Positions 14,713-30,886 of a stretch of DNA of 64,000 bases are shown piece after piece. This stretch comes from the human T2T-CHM13v2.0 reference genome, Homo sapiens. Each line of letters starts with the position of its first letter. Within the stretch, counting starts at the first letter, position 1. The notes under the pieces were generated by a model. The model was not told where the DNA came from. It saw nothing but the letters and a program-made list of their open reading frames with translations, and did not search any database. The stretch lies in NCBI RefSeq assembly GCF_009914755.1, contig NC_060931.1; one strand, given 5' to 3'. A program made the position numbers and the translations under genes.

Positions 14713-16392
14713 TAAGTGAAATGTCTCAGTCTTGTTACTATTGAAATATACTTCTAAACATTTTGATTACATGAAAACATCTAGAAAGTTTTGTATCATT
14801 GGTTGAATATACTTGCAATGAAAATCAGCTTGGCTCAGCAGCCAGTCAATGCTTATTCTTGGCATGGCGAGAAGTGATAATAACATCATTTTTTAGATTT
14901 TGAGACAACTTCCTTCTATTGTAAAAGAACTGAGTATTATTTAAAAATCCTTGAAGTGAATTGAAACCAGTCTAAATTTGTAAAAACTGGTAAGTTGTAA
15001 CTTTTGAAGAGAATTTAATAACCTTAAACATTTTGCTCAGTAAAGGCCTTCAAACATTGTAAACTTATTTATCTATCTAATGTGTTCAATTTTCTTTTCA
15101 TGATTTATATAATCTGAAAAGAAACCAGAGTATTCAATTTCCTTTTTAAGTGCTTTAATCTTATGATGTGAAAAATTTCTTTGTATTCAAATAACTAATT
15201 TAAGTTTAATAAGTTAAAATGTAAATATAGTAAACCTTAAATTTTCTTTAATATTTCAACTTAAAATCATATTCTGCTGATCCTTGATGATGATGTTCCA
15301 GTCCACAGGCCTGGGGTTTTTCTCCATTTGGAAGGCCTGCAGCTTGTGCTAGGCATTCTGGGCATTACCTCATTTCATAGCACATTTTTCCTCATGGATC
15401 AAACTTAGGTAACTCAAAGTTTTGGGAATTAGAATCAAAATTTTAGACATTTACCCCATGCCTTTTAATGGACTTGCCTTTGTTCCATAAGTTAATATAT
15501 GTCAAACACTCAAAGTAGTACCTGGCCCACAGTAAGCACTATGTAATTGTTTGCTATTATTATCACTTAACATGGTCTTAAACCAATTGCACCAAAGGAA
15601 ACATCTTTATAGTGTACATGGTAATTGCTTGTGAGGTCAAAACCATCAAAGAGTTTCTTTGGCTAAAAAGGGAGAGCAGTTAGTTTACTGGCAGGATAAG
15701 CTTTGTATGCTGCAAGCATTAATAATACAGGCATTTGTGGAAGACTATATATTAATGAGTAGCGCAGAGAGCATATTACAGTTTGGCAAAACATTACAGT
15801 TTGACATGGCATGTCATAGTGAAGGAGAGTACAGCACAGTAGTAAGCTTTTCCCTGATTAAATGAGCATCTAGCCCTGTACCATGTAGTCTTCCACAAAT
15901 TCTTGTATCATTAATGCTTGTAGCATACAAAACTTATCCTGGCAGTAAACTAATTGCTCTCCCTTTTCAGCTAAATAAACTCTTTCATAATTTTGACCTC
16001 ACAAGCAATTGCCATATATACTTACAAAAGTGTTACCTTTGGCGCAGTTGGCTTAAGACCATGTTAGGTGATAATAATAAGTTCATAGCAGATGCTTAAA
16101 ACCTATGGGCCTCTTTGGTGTGCAGGTTACTGGGTGTATTTCACCTCAGCATAACATTTGGAGTTATCAAATCATATATCTGATAGGAAGGCTTCTCTTT
16201 TTGTCATTTGATTTCTCCTCACACCAGAAGCAAATTAGCTCTGTGTCGGAATCACACCATTTCTCCAAATTAATGCATGATTTAAGTAGTAATTGTCATC
16301 ACAAGCATTATTGTGTTGAAGTAGCTCAGTTGTTTCATTTGGCTGTGTGAAAATGGAAAGAAAAAATTGTTCCTTCTGGAGTGTGTGATTTT

Positions 16393-16406
16393 CTGCCACC
16401 TAGTGA
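16393..16406 (-). promoter_or_regulatory. Candidate CTCF core motif
   Basis: The minus strand reads TCACTAGGTGGCAG versus core CCASYAGRKGGCRS (one mismatch); motif only, binding unverified. Confidence 0.3.
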
Positions 16407-18027
16407 TGGAAGTGGATATTTCATTTTTACAATCTTGGAAAAACCTACCTTTTAGAAACCTAAACGCTCATATTACTTATTAAATTATGTGTCTATTTGC
16501 CTTTATTGATTAGAATGAAAATCACTTTTTTTCTGCAGGTGACTTCTTATTTTTATGGCATTCTTTTGAGATCTGTTCATTCCTCAATATATACACTTTG
16601 CAACTTTAATAAGATCCACTTAGCTGGAAACTCATTTAAGTTGATTTTAGCTTAAGGAAAAAGACACACCTTGTGCATACTACAGTATCTTCTTTATAAA
16701 TAACTAGCCCAAATAGCTAAAGTTTTAATGTTTCTAAAATTATTCAGAATATGTTTAGGAATATAGTGGGAATGTAGATATTTTAATAGAGGAATTAAAT
16801 TCATGAATATGATGTTTTACTTATTCTATTTGCAATTTAAAACCCCATTTAGAACCTGAGAACTCATTTTCTCATTAGTTTGTCCAGTTAAACTTTCTAC
16901 CCCTTCTCCAAGCCTTGGGGTGGAGAATAGCAGGAATTAAAAAAAAAAATAAAGTAGAATGCTCATTTGGAACCGTATGGCTCAGGAAATCAGATTGAAG
17001 GAATAAAAAGCAAAACATGTTGAATAGAAAAATACCAGGCTTATTTTTCCCCCATCTGATAGTTTCCAGGATGAAAAATAATAACAAATTGGCACCTTTG
17101 CCGTCATGTGCCCGTTATCAAACGTGATATGTATAATGTGGATGAAATAGACTGGCAAGTAAAGATGTTACCAATGAAATCCATATGAAAACATTATCCT
17201 TGATCTTAGAGGAAGCAGCCCAAAACTACTCACTTGCATGACCTTTCTAATGTGTCTCCAAAATATTAACACTTAATTATGTCAAGATAGAAAGTTAGCA
17301 GTGAACTCTTGAAAAGTCACTGGTACTGTACTACCACACCCTGTAGAGCAATTTTTTAATAAGATCCACTTAGTTGGAAACTCATTTAAGTCGATTTTAG
17401 CTTATGGTTAAATAAACACAGAGACTAAACATTGAACAAGTATTTCCAATGTGAAGCTTCAGCGAGTAAGTAGTAATCACTTAGGAGATCCTTAACAGTC
17501 ACGAATTGACTCACTCCTATTTATCATACCTGATGAAATAAAATGTTCTGGTATTCATTTATATTCCCCTATTTGAAATTCTTAGGAATAACTATAGTTT
17601 GGGGTTTATATTCCATTAGGAATGAATTATAATTTTATTTCTGTAAAAAGTTATTTATATAAGTAACTTGATTCATTAATTTCATTAAGTCAATGTATGT
17701 TTGAAGACCTGTGTTTGAAATAAGATTTACTTTAGAGCAGTGATTGATGTTGAGAAAACAATTACTCTTTAATGACTGCAGCATATTTATGTTTTTAAAA
17801 GTGGACAATTGTTTGACAATATTGTCACTGACTCTTTGTTGCTTCTCCTGATGATGAGGTGACATTTTTGTGTGTGCATTCCCATTTTAATTCTGTAATT
17901 CAGAATCCTCTAGTGAAGACTTTTCAATGAAAGCTAGAGCTTTTATGTTTAGAGCTCCCTCTTGATGTCCTTCCAGAGGTAACTAACTCTTATGTTTTTC
18001 CCTCTTTCTCTTCTTGTCCATGAAAAG

Positions 18028-18045
18028 AAACTATCGAGAACAGAG
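18028..18045 (+). CDS. ADAM22: ADAM22 18-nt microexon ((K)NYREQ(R))
   Basis: Branch point TAACTAAC at 17980-17987, pyrimidine tract, aag acceptor, gtatgt donor; phase 2-2; restores the recalled GYKNYREQRQLP sequence. Confidence 0.93.
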
Positions 18046-21000
18046 GTATGTAATACAAATAATGTGAACATAAAACTGAAAGGTTTGACTCATATTAGCA
18101 TTGTTGGAATTCATACATGCAATTATAATTAAGTTCACTTTGTTTTTATGTATAATAATCATACACTAATCGATTTTTCATTATCTTGAGGTAATTTTAA
18201 TGATGGTGCTGTGAAATATAGCAATTTAAAATAGATCTGTCATTTAATTTTAATGGATCTTTTATCCAACGATACTACAATTAGTGGAGTCTTGCTTATT
18301 TTTTAATAGTAATATATATAGAAATTGATTTTTTCCATCTAAAACAAACTTCCTCTATGTTAAGGTGTCCCATTTGTTTACATTAATATTAGCTTTTCTT
18401 CATGTTTGTAACACTCTTATTGCCTAATACTTTCTGAGGGAATTTATTTATTACTGTTTTTATATTAATAATATCCATTCATAAGTGACAAAGTTTATTT
18501 GGGCAGTGTTGCTGTTGGGAATGTTCTAGCATTTCGTGAGCCTGTTTATCTCTGCATAAGGAATTTTTTGTATTGATTAGGTAACTGCACATTTAAAGAA
18601 AGAATTTGCATAGTTGGAATAATAAAAATGCCTATATTCTTGAGAAAGTCAGACACCCTGTATAGCATAACCGTAAAAATCTATGTTTAACCAACAGCTT
18701 AAAAGAGATACAAAATGTTCATGTTGTTCTATAACAATTGCCTATTTTATCTGAATCTAAATTAGCACATAATATTGGAATGCACTCTTCACTTTTCCCA
18801 CTTAAAAAGTTACTAGTGCTGTTAGCTATTGATAAAAAATATTAAAATATTATCCTGGAAACTGATAACCTAGACCAGGTCTTACACATGATAATGGTAT
18901 TTAGTTCTATACTCATGGTATTTATGCAGATTCCTATTTACTTAACCTTTTCCATTGTTGAGTTGCATGCTTGTGACAGGTTATGAATAAGGTGTATAAA
19001 TGTGGTAATTTGTCATGCTCCATCACAACTTTCATTTTTTTCACAAATCAAAAATTTAAACTTTACTCTTTTTTAAATAAATTAAAATTCCCATAAGGCT
19101 TTAACCATAGGTATCTGTAGAATCTGTATAAATATATAGTGCCCATGGGTTACCATTTGAAATCCTGGTCAGTTTGTGTAGACAACAGAAAATATTGACC
19201 TTTCCCTAGAGTGACTAACTCATCATTAATGGAAAAAGTAAAACTGGGACAAAATTACAATTTAAGAACAACCAGATTTCTTCATGATGTGTTTTAAACT
19301 CTTGTGTCCAAAAGCGCTTGCTTAGAGCAGGAGCCGCCGTTTAGACTTTCTGTTGGGTAGAGGTTGATTGATCGTATTAGAAATCTAAGTTTGGTGAGTT
19401 TCTTTAGTGGAAAATAGAATTAGGCAAATAAGATTAAAAAGTTAATGATTCAGCTTCATTTCCACAGGAACTAAGGCTATAATGTAATTTAATATTGCTG
19501 AATATATGAAAATGAAAGTGAAATGTCTCATAGGCAACATAAGCAAAGCTAGCACAGTGCTCTAAGATGTGTTCTCATTAGGGATTCTATCCAGAATAAG
19601 GGAATTGCCCACACTTTAAAAAAATGATTAATATTGAAAAGTATGCACAAATTTCTTGTTCTAACTCAATATGTAGAGAGATATCGTTAAGAACATTTTC
19701 ACATGAAGAATCTCCTTTATGTGCCTGATATAATTTCATGTCTCCTGGTGTTACTGAGTCATCATTTCATTGATCTGGCTACTCTTTTGGAATCTAGTCC
19801 ATCATATTTTGAGAGTTGTCACATCTTCAGTGGATATTTATTTTATATATTTTGATATATGTCAACACAACCTTTTTTTTGTCCTTGCCCATAACTAATG
19901 AATATTAGGTTTGTACAGTAGGTCTCAAAGTGGAGAAATGGCAAAGAATAGACTTTAGATCAGGAAGTTGTGAATGTATAAGTGTTTTCTAAATGAGTTT
20001 CCTTTTTGAGAATATATGTTAGTGATTATAGACAAAGTGGTAAGGCCAACAGACCAAAGCATGCATTAAAAAATATTCAATCTTATAAAAATATCTATAG
20101 ACATTCAAGTAAAGATCTTCCCAATTCCAAAATATACCAGGAAGTAAAATTAAGGATTTTGAGTTGTTATTGATTTTAAATGAGGTTTTTCTTTGAGGTT
20201 CCATGGTAGGGAGACCAGTCCACAAGGAATCAGAAATCTACTAGTATGTGGTATTGGAAAATCAAACTTTCCTCAACTCTGAAATCAAGTAAGGTTCTTT
20301 GTAATCTGTAAAGCATTATGGTGACGGGAAGTTATTAGCATGTGGTCTTGGAAGACTGTATTTCTCTGATCTTTGAATGAAAGAGGTGAATGCAGTTGTT
20401 CTCAAAGAGGAAGGCAGCATTCATTGACATGAGTGAGGCTCACACATACTGGTTGAGGTGGTGGAAATGTCGGTGAATGTAAACTTTTGCTTTGACACTA
20501 AATGCAAGACCTAATAAGTATAATAGCCTGTTATCAGATTCTTAATACTGTTGTAATGGCTCAGAAGTACCAAAATGGGCATAACTTTCCAATTCCTGGA
20601 GAGGACAGGCAAGTAGTTCTGTGAGTGAATTTGATAACCAGATAAATTTTCTCTTCTGAGAATGAGTCCTCAAGGTTTTCAGTATAGAGAAGGATTATAT
20701 TCTATGTTTTCTTGCAAGTTTGACAAACAGATGTGAAGCAGACCCACGTTTTTTTTCTTTTTGTTCACAAACTTTGTAATAGAAAGAAACCGGAAGCTCC
20801 ATTCTGGGTCATAGTGAAGGCAGAACTCCACATATGTGCAGCATCACTTTAAATCTGCCAGTGTCTTATAATGGGCAGAATTGTGGAACAAAGGAGCCAT
20901 AGCCTTAGACATTAGGTAATTAGAATGATGGTTATATTTATCCTTTCATTTAAAATATTCAGGAAGGAAAACTTCCCCAATTTTTTCAGTTGATATTATT

Positions 21001-22424
21001 GTTTATATTATAGCACAATTGCTTTAGGTCTTAGAAGCTATATGACTTGTAATGAGAATTATAAGTGGATTTTAGTTTTTAGGGTAAGTTTGCAAATAGC
21101 AATAGAATAAGAAACAGTAACTGAACTTAGATACATAAAACATTCATATTTAGCTGAAATCTTATTCTCTTCCTTTGTCTGAGATGAACACACACCATTA
21201 TGATTGATGAGAAATATAAAAAATAATTAGATTATATCTTTTTGATTTATGGTTTCACTTTAAGCAGAATGCCCTCCCCTTCCCCATTTCTTTTCTCTCT
21301 CACCTGTTTTAGCCACTTTATTTTCTACTTGTGAACTTCTCATCTTTTTTCCAAACCTTTCTTAGTTTGTTTTTATATTATTATTATTATTTCGGTGATA
21401 TTCCTGCATCTGTCAATGTTACTTGGTACACATTATACAGTATTTCTTAAAACAGTAAAGTAGCAATTTAATAAGAGACAGCCCAGATGCCAACCAAGCA
21501 TTGGAGAAATGCCTCCTTCAGCACTAAAGTTAAGAGTTGGTTAAATGGTTTTTTCCTCCAACATTTTAAGTATGCATAAGAATTATTAAGATAAATATAA
21601 TTCAATTGATGCTTTTAGGAAAGATTAGACTTCTCTCATAACAGGACCATTAGCCTAAAGGTTTTGGGGTGATCAAGAAACAGTCTTACTTGATGTTTAA
21701 ATTTAGAATGCTAACATAACAACTAGATGATTTATAATTATGAACACATTAAGAGTTGTCTTCTGAAGTGGAATAAGAATAAGCAAGCAATAAGCATAGT
21801 ATTGTAGACCTGGAGAGAAATAATTGTATAAATTAGCTCCCCCAGAGTCATTAAGTTACAGGGGTTGATCCTTACCTAGAGAATAGGAAATACCTTCAAA
21901 AGAATGTTATTTAATGGGATGTATCGATTCAAAACACAAAATGAAATGCCAAAGTTGTACAGAGAAGAAAAAGACAACATGTAATTAATGTGGGGAGAGA
22001 TACGTTTTGAGGGGGAAAAAAACTAGTTACATAAGTGTTTATTATATTTTGGCTATTGTTCACTAAAAATCATACATGTCTAAAATATTTGCATGTAATA
22101 TGAGAAATTTGAGGTAATTTTCCCATTATAAAATTTAGCACTAATCAGGCCACCTACTGTGGTGATCACTTTTAGTTTCCAAAATTTGATGAAATAAGAA
22201 AGCACTCAAGATTTAGGAAGAAAGCCGTAAAGATAATAAAGGACTGGAAAAAGAAGTTTGATTTAAAATTTTAAAAGGATCATTTACTTAGTCATTTATG
22301 ACAACAAATGATGAAAAGTTATTTTATTTACCATGGGGGCTTGATATTCTCTGTTAAAGCAAGAAGAATTAGCTTTGTTATGATATGTAATTAATAATTG
22401 TAAAAAAGACAAATTTCTAAATGA

Positions 22425-22717
<293 letters not shown>

Positions 22718-23221
22718 GAAACATTATTCTTAAGAGATCTTTAACGAAATTCATAACCTATCACTGACATTTACCATGTGAAGAAAGTTACATGCATTCC
22801 TTATGGAATTTTAGGGAAAAGCCAGTGAATTTCCATCTTTTGGAGACTTTGCAGTGTGATAGATAAGAATCTAATCTGCTCAACCTAATGAAAACAAGGT
22901 GGTGCTCCAGAAGTACATTGAACTGAAACTGACTGAAACCCACAGTTTATGATGTATTTAGCATTTAGGGTGTTTGGGCACTGTGTAAAAAATGACCATG
23001 GACTTCAGAGAAGTTACATTGAAGGGATAATAAAACGTGTTCAGTTAAAAACACAAAACAAAACTGGGCCCCATCCATTGTGAAACATAGTCCATCTACA
23101 TCCTCAGTGTCAGCTAAGTGAGGCCTTACTTAATGTTTAAATTTAAATGTTAAAGAGAAGGCGATTTGTGGGATAGAATACTGGGAATGGTCAAGTGTAG
23201 TTCAGTGCTCTTGTATAATAG

Positions 23222-23548
<327 letters not shown>

Positions 23549-25350
23549 TGGTCTTTAATTGACTTGAATTTGGTGAGGCACATCTCATCAGTTTATAAAG
23601 ATTATCAGTAAAGATAGTAGTGATAAATGGGATTTGTTAACCATAGATATTATTATTGGAAATGTGTTCATGGGATTCTTTTACAAATATTAATGTAATA
23701 CAAAAGGGAAGTTTTCTCCCCAAGGCAAAAACTAGAACTCTGATTTTATTGACAGCATTTTTTTTCAAGCACTAATGGAATATTTTACTGATACAAGGTA
23801 AAATAGAAAATATTAATAAAGATCTCTTACAGGGGAAGATATAGCTGGTGTCATGTAACAATATAAATGTGAAGTTTCATATTATTATCCTATAAAATTA
23901 ATGTTTTATATACTGGGGAAAAGAAAGAATAACTATTATGAGCTGAAGTCATTTACAGAATTAAAAATATTTTGGAGGAATCATATCAAAAAGTTATAGG
24001 TGGAATTAATCCTACATTACTAATTTCATGAGAAATTCTACTTTCTTTAGTAAACATAAAAGAGAGTAGATTAAATCACACAAGTTAAAATATGTGCTTC
24101 ATACTAACTGAAAAATCTTTCAGATTCACAGACGTGTGTAACTAAATAGCATTAAAATAATATGAGAGTATTCAATCATTCAACAGAATGAATGACCAAG
24201 TATTTTAAACATTTACAACAATATGGCAAAAATTTAAGCAAGCAAACACCTGAAAATGGCATTTTGGGGGGATTAAATTCAGCATCAGCAAATAATCAAA
24301 ATTATAATGGTAAATAAGGAGAAACCAAATAAGAAAAAGAAAAGTTAGCAAATTTGTGCTTTTGCTAGAGATTTAATTAAGCATAGCTTTGTTAAAAATT
24401 CTCAGTCCAGCACTAGTTTGTGGCACCTCCAACAATAGTACTGAATAGAAAAGAATCAAGTTTTAGGTGCAGTTGGCTATTTGGAGGCTACACTACTGAC
24501 AAATGACCAGATTAGCTATTGCAGGAAGGTTAACTGGGGGCCTTATCTAAAATTTTCTATCTGATTACATTAGGAGAAGTAATAAAAATCTGTTCCAATC
24601 TTAATTTATTGAAAATCAGATGACTTGGGTCAATAACAGTGCAGATTAAATACATTTTCACTTGGGCACTCCTACTACAGTAGAGAGAGAGAACTAAGGT
24701 CACCCACCAACTACCTATAAATATACTTCTATAGTTTCAGCAAAAATTCAGTTATTTTTTTCAACCTTTTCTTGCTCTTGTTAAATTATCTTCCTTCACA
24801 TGTTCCACTGAACAGTTATAAAATTACCTTTTTGATTTAACTTTGAATCTTTCCATTTCTTCGTATTTCTGTTAAATGAATAATGAAGCTCTAAATTGAA
24901 CATCAAACTCTAATAGTGATTTATTTGGATGAAATTCTAGAATAGTTTAAAAGTCAATCAGTTCTTTTCAGACCAAATCCAGGTTGCATTATGTGATGTT
25001 TAGAAATTATAAATAGTTTATTCACCACAAAGAAAAAGAAAGCTATGCTTAATCTGGGTAGGGACTATCTGTCCTAACACACCTTCGACATATTTTTTTT
25101 TTAAAAAAAGACAAAAATGCACTTAACATTTTCAAGTATAATGAAGTTACCATGAAAACACTCATATTTTCATATTTTTCCCCAAAGCAAGGCTTTATTC
25201 ATCCAAATGATAAAAGACTTTTGTAATTGCATTTCTGGCCTCTACAGTTAGAATGACTTTAACTTGTCTCATTTATTGATAATTTTATGTGTTGTGATAG
25301 ATTTGATTCATGTAGATCATTATCCCTACCTCTCTTTTTTCCTGAAATAA

Positions 25351-25638
<288 letters not shown>

Positions 25639-27032
25639 TGAATGTTAAAAAATAGTATCCTTTGTTCTTTGATTACTCTACTTCAAAATGCCATATGCTC
25701 AGAACCACTCATTATACAAATCAGGCCACAAAATCAAAACAAAGCAAACCAAACAATAACTCTGAATCTATATAGAAACCTCAGGGTTTTTCAGTCTTGC
25801 TTTATATGGCTTAAGAAACTATACATAGTATTTAATAATATTTAAATGGTGAGCTTTATGTCATGTTTGGTAGTCAAAGAAAAAGGTTACTGTCATGCTT
25901 CAATAAAAGCAACTGTTAAATAAATTGGTGATATAAGTGCTGCATTGAGTATTTTTTAATTTTATATATATCAAAGCTAAGCTCGCTATGAAACAAAGAT
26001 TGCTTCTCTGTGAATCATATATTTGAGTATTGTGATTTTGCCTTTTTTGGGGGGTGATTATTTCTAGACTTTATAAGTTACAACTTAGTTGACAAATTAA
26101 GTGTGCTTAATTTTGCCTGAGTTTTATAATAGTACAGGTGGGATTAATATATTATTTATGTCTTAGACACTGATGCTATATTCTTATTCTAGCATCTTAA
26201 GGTGTATGACACCATTTAAAATTCTGCATGCTTTGTAACTGCTTAATAAAATAAATGAAAAGAAGAAATAAATAGTTGGCATGTTTTAGGAAATGAGACC
26301 TATGTTCACATTGAAGGAAGCAAAAATATTCTTGTGGGAGAATTTATTTATTTAAAGTTGCCAATAAGAGTATAATGGACAGGAAAAAAGGTTTGGTAGC
26401 CCTGCTCATGCCTTTGGGCACATTAGCTACTTTTCAGAGTGAAGGGGAAGATGCTAGTTTATTGGAGGAAACATGACCTGTTCCGGAGTTCTGTATAGAG
26501 TGGATCATCTGTAAATATTCTGCAATGTCTCTCAGTCTTTGTAAATGTTAATCAGGAAGGAGAATAGAAGGAATTAGTGAGACCTGGGAACTCTACTTTA
26601 TGTGGAACTTTCTTAAGCATGAAGGATAATTTTCACTTAGATAATGTAGCTTCCAGCAAAAGTAGAAACACTAGTTGTCGCCAAAGGAGTATGTTTCTAC
26701 AGAATAATGTTTTAAAAAATGTATTCTTTTAATTTATGGAGGGCTTGTTGGCTAAGAGAAGACTAGGGTTCTACTTGAATTCTCTGATACAAATATTTTC
26801 TTGATAGAATATTAAATTTTAAATTAAACAACATGGTAAATTAGTGGAGAAATTAATGGTTTCCAGCAGAATTTCTGTTGTTCTTTTGTACAAAATATGA
26901 GTCATTCTGTGAGTAGCAAATGATGTTGAGAAATTCCAACCTAGGGAATTCATATGGAGTAGTTGTGCTGAGTTCCATTTATTTTCACTGATCAGTAGAA
27001 GGCTTTTTTTGAAATAGAAATTATTTCTATTA

Positions 27033-27091
27033 TTATTCCATTAACCAGATTCCATTAACCAATATTCCATTAAATTATTCCATTAACCAGA
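27033..27091. repeat. Short imperfect tandem repeat, four copies of an ATTCCATTAA core
   Basis: ttattccattaaccagattccattaaccaatattccattaaattattccattaaccaga. Confidence 0.85.
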
Positions 27092-27914
27092 ATAATATGT
27101 GGAAAAGATTTTTAAGTATAGTGCTATTTTCTAAAGTTCCTATAAAAGAGTTTAAAATATCCATTTGAATAATTCCCAGATTTTAGAAAAATCTCAGTGG
27201 GTTATGATTCTTAAGCAGTTAAAAGTTCTTAAGATTTCTCTGAAGTATATGTAGCTTGTTAAAATTCTTGTGTGGTACAAGGTAGGTGTGTAAATTTTGC
27301 TTCTTTTAGATCATTCATTTAAAGATGGTAGGACACAAATAGCAGGTGGGCTCAATGGTACATGGGCTTTGTGAGAGGCACTGTCATGATAAACATCTGA
27401 TTCAGTTCAGTTATTGAACAGTTAGCCAACATGTACTACACTTTTTTGGACCATATTTGTGGAGAAAAATGCCAATTCTTAGAAAATAATTTTATTACTT
27501 AAGAAAATCTAAATAATGCTTTGATAAATGTTAACCAGGTTCACTTGAGCAAATCTTTATGTAATCTCTTGGAAGTCCATGTTCTCATAATATCTGAGTG
27601 GAAACCATTGCTTTACAATTAAGAAACATCTATGGTGGGACCCCATTATAACTCTGCTGCTGGGGTGATGCTGAAATACATAGTGAATTTGCTCTGTGGT
27701 TGCTGTGTTCTGGGGAATGTAAATTGGCTTGCATTGTGTCTTGATACTTTTCATTTATATACTATTGTAATGGGGTTCCATTGTATTTGACTTTTCTTAA
27801 ATTGGATGTTGTGTAATTCTGCCTTCTTCATGAAGACTTTCATGTTCTCTTCATTCTTTCATTTCAGATTTTTTCTTTCTTGATTTATTTTATTTAATGC
27901 ACAGTAATGCTTAG

Positions 27915-28184
<270 letters not shown>

Positions 28185-28392
28185 TAGCTCTTCTCCCAAC
28201 AGAGAGGAGAATATGTAGAATGAGAGCCTAGTTTTTATCTGGATGGGAAATGATGGGATTCGGCAGCACCAGGACACTAGACACTTTGTGAAATTTAATT
28301 TGAGAAAGCTGTACAGTGTGACAAACCCGGTGTTCCACAGTGGTGCTGCTTATCAATTATACCCACTTGAAATGCCTCGTAATTAGACATAG

Positions 28393-28509
<117 letters not shown>

Positions 28510-29263
28510 TAAGTCTGAACCTCTAATGGAAAAAGGCACTCCAAGGTCCTGTGCAAATAGTGTCAAAAGTAAATTAAGCAGATAGTCAAAGAACTGTAAA
28601 CCATGTCTCCGGTCTTGGTTTTGTCTTTTAAATTCTTTTTTGCCCTTTAAAAATTAACCATGGCTTTTCTCTCTTACATAGGCATCTCCACAACTGTTCC
28701 CATACCAATATTCATTGATAGTGGGGGTCTCACCTGCAGGCTTTTTCCTCCAGTCACCTGCCATTGTGGGGTCTTGGTTCTATATGAAGGGAATTTGATA
28801 ACATTCCTTTCTTCTCATCATCTGGGATTCAACCATTTCAAAGGGTCACCCTTCCTCTCCCCAATACTCACACAGCCTTGTAAGCATCGGGGAAAAATTC
28901 CCATTGTACTAGAGCATGATACTGCTCATGATCTAAAACCACCACTATGAGGTCTTCATGGCTGCAATCTAAGCATTCTCTCAGACTAATGGAATAAGTT
29001 TCCCTTTTAAATTTTCTATCTGAGAACATTTAAAAGGGCATTTTCCTAAACTTGCTCTTTAACTGAATCATTGTCACTAAATGCAACATTATCCGTTTTA
29101 AATGATAGCCATGCATTTACTTTTTTTTTAAGGGGGGTGGGTTTAGAAGTCACATTTAAAGTCATTTATAATGAAGTAAATAATGTATTTGTTTTGTTTG
29201 TTTCTCCACTTAAGAAAGTACAAGCAAAACAAAACCTCCTCAAATCTTTATCTCCCTTCATGG

Positions 29264-29269
29264 AATAAA
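29264..29269 (+). terminator. Candidate intronic poly(A) signal for the STE-stop isoform
   Basis: AATAAA ~750 nt after the read-through stop, with T-rich sequence downstream. Confidence 0.4.
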
Positions 29270-30294
29270 ACACATCCTTAGTATCCTTTTGGACTGAACT
29301 TGCCACCTGACTTTTTTTACCCATTCTATTTTATCCTTCCTAAAATTTTTTACTTATTTCTCACTCTAGCGATAGTTATTATTTCCAGGATCTCTATTGC
29401 TTCTTCATGCCTTAATATTTGGAAAGTCTGAATAGCAGGTATTTGTTAACTGCTTGTCAAAAACTTATGTTAGCTTTTCCGTCATATACCCTGCCTTTTT
29501 CAGTCCAGGAATAATAACATTGCCCTGAAATTTGGACCTTCCACCTGAATGGTATTGTCTTGTAAGTGGCTTGTCAACATGGATACTTTATAGACACAGT
29601 AGACAATTTCAAGTGATACCATTGCATGGTCCAGAATGGCATCATAGAATTCCATCATAAATAACTAATGTGTTAGAGTTTATCTTATATATTCCCAAAG
29701 CGCTTGGATGCTTTAGGGCTCATTGTTGATAAACTCTTCTTGGAATGTTGTTTGGTTTGTTTTGCATGAGGTCACCTAGTAAGAGCTCCTTAACTTATTT
29801 TAGTTGCTCACAGGTGTACAGATAAAATTGCAAAATGTTCTTTAGAACTTCCTTGTTTACTGTTTAGTGTTCTAACAGCATTTCCTATAACAAGACTTCA
29901 AAAACTCCTAAGTTAAAAAAAAAATCAGTATTATGTTAAAGCTATGAGCTTAGGACCTAACGCACATTTGGTGTTTAACAATATTCATACAGTGTTTTCT
30001 AGAGCAGTTACTTATTTTTTTAAATGTTGTGTATAATTTCCACTCACATTGTATGATTAAAATTGTAATACTACAGATGGCCTTTGAGAAATCTTGCCTA
30101 TGAGATAATTAAATTATAATATTTAATATGACATTACAATAGGATCATCTTTATGAGGGAGAAGTATTAAGGACTTCCTCAGATTTTTCAGACTTTTCTG
30201 ATTTTGGTTACATGACTCATGTTAATTAAATGGATCCAAGTCTGTAAAGCTGACCATAATTCTCACATACCTTCTTGTATAGGAACTGTCTCTC

Positions 30295-30360
30295 TATATA
30301 TACACATGTATATATACATATATATATATATATTTATACATACACACACACGTATATATT
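30295..30360. repeat. (TA)/(CA)-rich simple repeat
   Basis: tatatatacacatgtatatatacatatatatatatatatttatacatacacacacacgtatatatt. Confidence 0.9.
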
Positions 30361-30775
30361 TTCTTACAAGGATTCCTGATAGGTAGCATATCAAGAATTA
30401 TGTTTGCAAACTTTTAATACTTTCCATATTTAAGTAATCCCATTTGCTTCTGATAGTATAATACCATTTGTGTGACTACAAGAGGAGCAGAATTACCACA
30501 GACAAATATATCTTTTATTTTTTTCATATAAGAGGTGTTTCAGGTCCATTACTCAAAATTCCCTTTAGTACCTCATTATTCCAAAAGATGATGAAAAATT
30601 GGGACATGAATTAAAACATGCACCATAAAGGCATGCTCTGCTAATTAACAAAATAAAATGTCCTCATATATTGTATTGTTTTTCCAGTCAAAACTTTTGC
30701 ATCTTCCTCATTGTTGTACATGATGTAAAAACATTTTTTGGCTTAGACTTTGTATTATATATTGTGTTTTTACAG

Positions 30776-30886
30776 GAGGGAGCCCCAAGCACCTGAGCCT
30801 GGGCACTCCCTCGCCCAGACAGTCCCATCCCAAGGCATAAGCCCAGGGGGCTCTGACAGCCCCCAGACAGGGAGTCTGGATCACAG
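30776..30886 (+). CDS. ADAM22: ADAM22 111-nt cassette exon (REPQAPEPGHSLAQTVPSQGISPGGSDSPQTGSLDH(R))
   Basis: gtttttacag acceptor, gtcagt donor, phase 2-2, open frame; GC-rich island in an AT-rich intron (ORF 30750..30971). Confidence 0.85.

Noticed and set aside
27033-27091. Short repeat array as CRISPR-like or satellite sequence
   Set aside because: Eukaryotic intron, ~12-15-nt units without unique spacers; a simple slippage repeat.
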